The position numbers and the translations under genes are program-made. Positions 14,187-16,528 of a stretch of DNA of 16,528 nt are shown in pieces. The DNA is from an uncultured Clostridia bacterium (GTDB taxonomy: Bacteria; Bacillota; Clostridia; Oscillospirales; Oscillospiraceae). The notes beneath the pieces are model-generated. The model saw only the letters and a list, made by a program, of their open reading frames with translations, was not told where the DNA came from and searched no databases. Every line of letters begins with the position of its first letter. The stretch's first letter is position 1. The DNA is taken from positions 1 through 16,528 of the forward strand of contig CAMWSZ010000020.1 of the NCBI GenBank assembly GCA_947177005.1. The letters are read 5' to 3'.

Positions 14187-14531
14187 ATGAGTATGGTGAT
14201 GCTTATGGGAAAGCAATTCAAGGAAAGAACCGAGTCACGCATGGTCAAGGTCACAGATAACTGGTGTCCATGTTATCCCAATAACGAGATCTGTCTATCC
14301 ATTGTTCTTCGATCGTACAAACCATACCCAAAAGCCGGTGAGGACAAAACCGTATACTATGTGAAGATAATGGCATGGGGAATGGATGATACTGGCGTAG
14401 AGCTGGAGTTTGACGGTAGCAGGGGGTGTGCAGAGAGCAGATATAGTTTCTGGAAGACGCATATTTTTGACAAAGTCTTTGACGGCGTAGATATGAAGTG
14501 GTTCTTTGAACATGCATTTGTGCCAGCATAA
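14187..14531 (+). CDS. Hypothetical protein, 114 aa
   Basis: ATG lies 5 nt after AAGGATGAG. It sits in the co-directional array. Confidence 0.55.
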   Translation: MSMVMLMGKQFKERTESRMVKVTDNWCPCYPNNEICLSIVLRSYKPYPKAGEDKTVYYVKIMAWGMDDTGVELEFDGSRGCAESRYSFWKTHIFDKVFDGVDMKWFFEHAFVPA

Positions 14532-14547
14532 AATAAATTGGGTGGTG

Positions 14548-14853
14548 ATGAAATTGAATCCATGTATAGAGCTCTGCTGGAATCGATACAGCAGGCATTA
14601 TTCTCCTGAGTGCGATAATAAATGCGACTATGCAAAGGCGGTTTTAGAAAACAAAGCGCTCAAACAGTCACTCGTTCAATCGGCATCTGAACAAGCCGCA
14701 GCTGAACATGGACGGTGGCTCGATGAATATATGGTTGACCAGGAAAATTTGTCTATGGAGTGCTCTGCCTGTGGCGGCAGGCATATTGCATATTGGAAGA
14801 CTATAGTGCCTTATTGTCCAAATTGCGGTGCAAAAATGGACTTAAAGGGATAA
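14548..14853 (+). CDS. Hypothetical zinc-ribbon protein, 101 aa
   Basis: ATG 14548 follows GGGTGGTG (the track starts at 14506). The C-terminus has CSACGG...CPNCGA. Confidence 0.55.
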   Translation: MKLNPCIELCWNRYSRHYSPECDNKCDYAKAVLENKALKQSLVQSASEQAAAEHGRWLDEYMVDQENLSMECSACGGRHIAYWKTIVPYCPNCGAKMDLKG

Positions 14854-14871
14854 TTTTGAGGAGGTAAAACA

Positions 14872-15036
14872 ATGGAAACAAAAAGGGATATGTCCCTGGC
14901 GTGTGAGATGCGTTACGAAGAATACTGGGCCGCAGTTCACATTCAGAAGGCCATGACGCAGGAAGACTTCGATAAGTGGCTGCACGACAACTGCTACCGG
15001 TGCAAGTTCATGAGCGAAATCTGTATGAAAAAATAA
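14872..15036 (+). CDS. Small hypothetical protein, 54 aa (below the ORF-track cutoff)
   Basis: ATG lies 6 nt after GAGGAGGTAA. The TAA stop is at 15034-15036 and a terminator follows directly. Confidence 0.45.
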   Translation: METKRDMSLACEMRYEEYWAAVHIQKAMTQEDFDKWLHDNCYRCKFMSEICMKK

Positions 15037-15042
15037 TCTGAT

Positions 15043-15076
15043 AGCAGCTCCCACCATTCGTTTGGCGGGAGCTGCT
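15043..15076 (+). terminator. Hairpin terminator
   Basis: 10-bp stem AGCAGCTCCC/GGGAGCTGCT with a 14-nt loop, followed by GAATTGTTTG. Confidence 0.6.
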
Positions 15077-15165
15077 GAATTGTTTGTGCAGCGAATATAT
15101 GCCAAAACTGCGGAGCCGAGTATATCAGCAGGCCATATATAACAAGTAAAAAGGGGTGAAATGAT

Positions 15166-15354
15166 TTGAAATGTCCGTTTGAAAAAGAACTGCAAGCAGG
15201 AACAATGGTGTGCGATTACATGGAATGTAAACCTCCAGTTGGAGTAGAACAATGCCCAACAGATATTTTTAATCGCTGTCAAGGTGATGAAGAAACTGTA
15301 GAGTTTCCAGCAGACGATGCGGCTCCTATAAAGAATAGTTTGGTGGTGGAATAA
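15166..15354 (+). CDS. Small Cys-rich hypothetical protein, 62 aa
   Basis: TTG start follows AAAGGGGTGA. It overlaps antisense with a competing minus-strand ORF (see findings). Confidence 0.4.
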   Translation: MKCPFEKELQAGTMVCDYMECKPPVGVEQCPTDIFNRCQGDEETVEFPADDAAPIKNSLVVE

Positions 15355-15404
15355 ATGTGGCTATACAGAAAATTCCTCTTGTCTAACTGGTTGCAGCGAG
15401 CAAC

Positions 15405-15431
15405 TATAGCAATCATCAAAACTACTGACAG
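15405..15431. repeat. IS630-family left inverted repeat
   Basis: TATAGCAATCATCAAAACTACTGACAG. Confidence 0.75.
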
Positions 15432-16358
15432 AAGAAGACAGAATTGAACCAGTGCTGGCAATCACGAAGGGAAACAAGGTCCAGAGCCCGAGAGACAGAC
15501 TGTGGGAGATCGTCTGGTGAACGGACTTTCCATGCACGGAGAAAAGCCTTCATTTTGGACCACATTTTTTCAATAGGATTGAGATCCGGGCTGTAGGGAG
15601 GAAGATATACCGGGGTAATACCATGAGAAGCCAGCAATTCGCCCACAGCTTTCATACGATGGGTACGCATATTATCCATCACGACAATATCCCCCGGATG
15701 CAGAGTGGGAAGCAGTGTGTCCTTCAAATAGGTCAGGAAACGCTCTCCGGTCGTTCCGCCCTGGTAAGTGGTAAAAACTTTCTCTCCGTTGAAGCGAATA
15801 GACGACAATACCGTTGTGGTTTTCGGTGTATTGAGCGGTGCGTGGTCTACTACTCGCTGAGAAGACGGTGCTCTCCCGTAACGCCGCGTCAGATTGGTAT
15901 TAACGCCGCTTTCGTCCAGAAATACCTGATGTTCTGCCATTTCTGCTGTGATGTTTTCCTTCCACAGTTCCCTTTTTTCCTGTACGTCGAAGACGGTCAC
16001 GCTCACTTGCGTACCGTGTCTTCTTTTTCAACGTATAGCCCAGAGACAAGATCGCTCGCTCTACTGTGGAATAACTGGCATCCAGTCCCAGTTTTTCTTG
16101 TATCTCCTCTACCGTGCTATCCGGATTCTCGTCCATGCTTTTTGGGATTTCCTCTTTATCCTCCGCTGTCAGTAATGGTTTCCGGCCTCGTTGGCTGGTT
16201 CGCAACGCCACGCTCCCTGTTTCTCGTTTTTGCTGCGCTAACCGATATACTGTTCGCTCACTTACCGAATATGCCGCTGCGATTGTTTTGGCATCTCCTG
16301 TCTTTTCATACCCTTTTACCAGCAGTTCCCGCGCTTCATTATGCAGCATTTCTATCAT
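15422..16358 (-). CDS. IS630-family transposase in two overlapping frames (HTH part 15900..16358/16400, DDE part 15422..16006)
   Basis: The likely start is ATG 16358, after AGAGGGAGAGGGG. The N-part has HTH-like AAAYSVSERTVYRL and LGYTLKKKTRYASERD. The C-part has VFLDESGVNTNLTRRYGRAP, IVVMDNMRTH and YLPPYSPDLNPIEKMW. Joining the frames requires a +1 (or -2) shift. Confidence 0.75.
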
Positions 16359-16393
16359 CCCCTCTCCCTCTGTTATACCACTCTTGTCAATAC

Positions 16394-16420
16394 CTGCCAC
16401 TATTTTTGATGGTTGCTATA
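16394..16420. repeat. IS630-family right inverted repeat
   Basis: The reverse complement reads TATAGCAACCATCAAAAATAGTGGCAG. Confidence 0.75.
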
Positions 16421-16528
16421 AAACGCGCTTCTGCATGGTTGTGTACTCCTGTTTTAATTTTAATAGCTGGTTTCAACGCTGCTCTTTTCCGTATACATTT
16501 TGTAAAATACTTCCGCAATCCGTGCAGG

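Larger units (their letters stand above)
15405..16420 (-). mobile_element. IS630-family insertion sequence, about 1.0 kb including flanking TA
   Basis: Terminal inverted repeats match at 23 of 27 positions and both begin TATAGCAA. The flanking TA fits the IS630/Tc1 TA target duplication. The interior encodes an HTH plus DDE transposase. Confidence 0.8.

Noticed and set aside
13821-14216. 131-aa minus-strand ORF
   Set aside because: It overlaps the 3' end of the HNH gene and the whole Lar-like + strand ORF, which has an SD and a family signature. Its translation is Phe/Cys-rich and looks like an antisense artefact.
15972-15980. Canonical -1 programmed ribosomal frameshift on the A_AAA_AAG heptamer in the IS630 transposase
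   Set aside because: Coordinate arithmetic shows the downstream DDE frame is +1/-2 relative to the upstream frame, so a -1 slip at the heptamer enters the third frame.
1-16528. CRISPR array, rRNA or long tandem repeats
   Set aside because: Reading both strands, I saw no regularly spaced direct repeats and no rRNA-like stretches. The only repeats noted are hairpins, the related terminator copies and the IS inverted repeats.

Overview
This window reads as the accessory or early region of a temperate phage or prophage from a Gram-positive, Clostridia-like host. Nearly all genes are on the + strand. They are short, tightly packed or overlapping (ATGA/GTGA junctions), preceded by GGAGG-type Shine-Dalgarno sites and separated by clean hairpin terminators. 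Contents in order: (1) about a dozen small hypothetical or zinc-ribbon proteins, including a tandem paralog pair (1098-3577). (2) A visibly GC-rich two-gene cassette bracketed by three related terminators, followed by a tRNA-like gene with an aberrant anticodon arm and about 220 nt of non-coding sequence (3578-4801). (3) A strongly acidic protein. (4) The standout, an NAD+ metabolism island (5712-10485): nicotinamidase-like, Prs-like, PAPS-reductase-like (frameshifted), Nampt-like (in-frame TAA) and NadE, with no NMN/NaMN adenylyltransferase. The Prs-like plus Nampt-like pairing matches the phage NARP1 NAD+-reconstitution (anti-defence) logic. The added PncA-like and NadE genes suggest an undescribed branch through nicotinic acid and deamido-NAD. 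(5) An SPFH/band-7 protein with a small membrane partner. (6) A GP88-like Cys-rich protein, an HNH-AP2 endonuclease, a Lar-like restriction-alleviation protein and more small Cys-rich proteins. (7) An IS630-family insertion with 27-bp imperfect inverted repeats and TA flanks at the right end. Several genes carry lesions, which points to either a decaying prophage or an indel-prone assembly. I saw no CRISPR array or rRNA. All family calls rest on motif recognition by eye; no searches were run.
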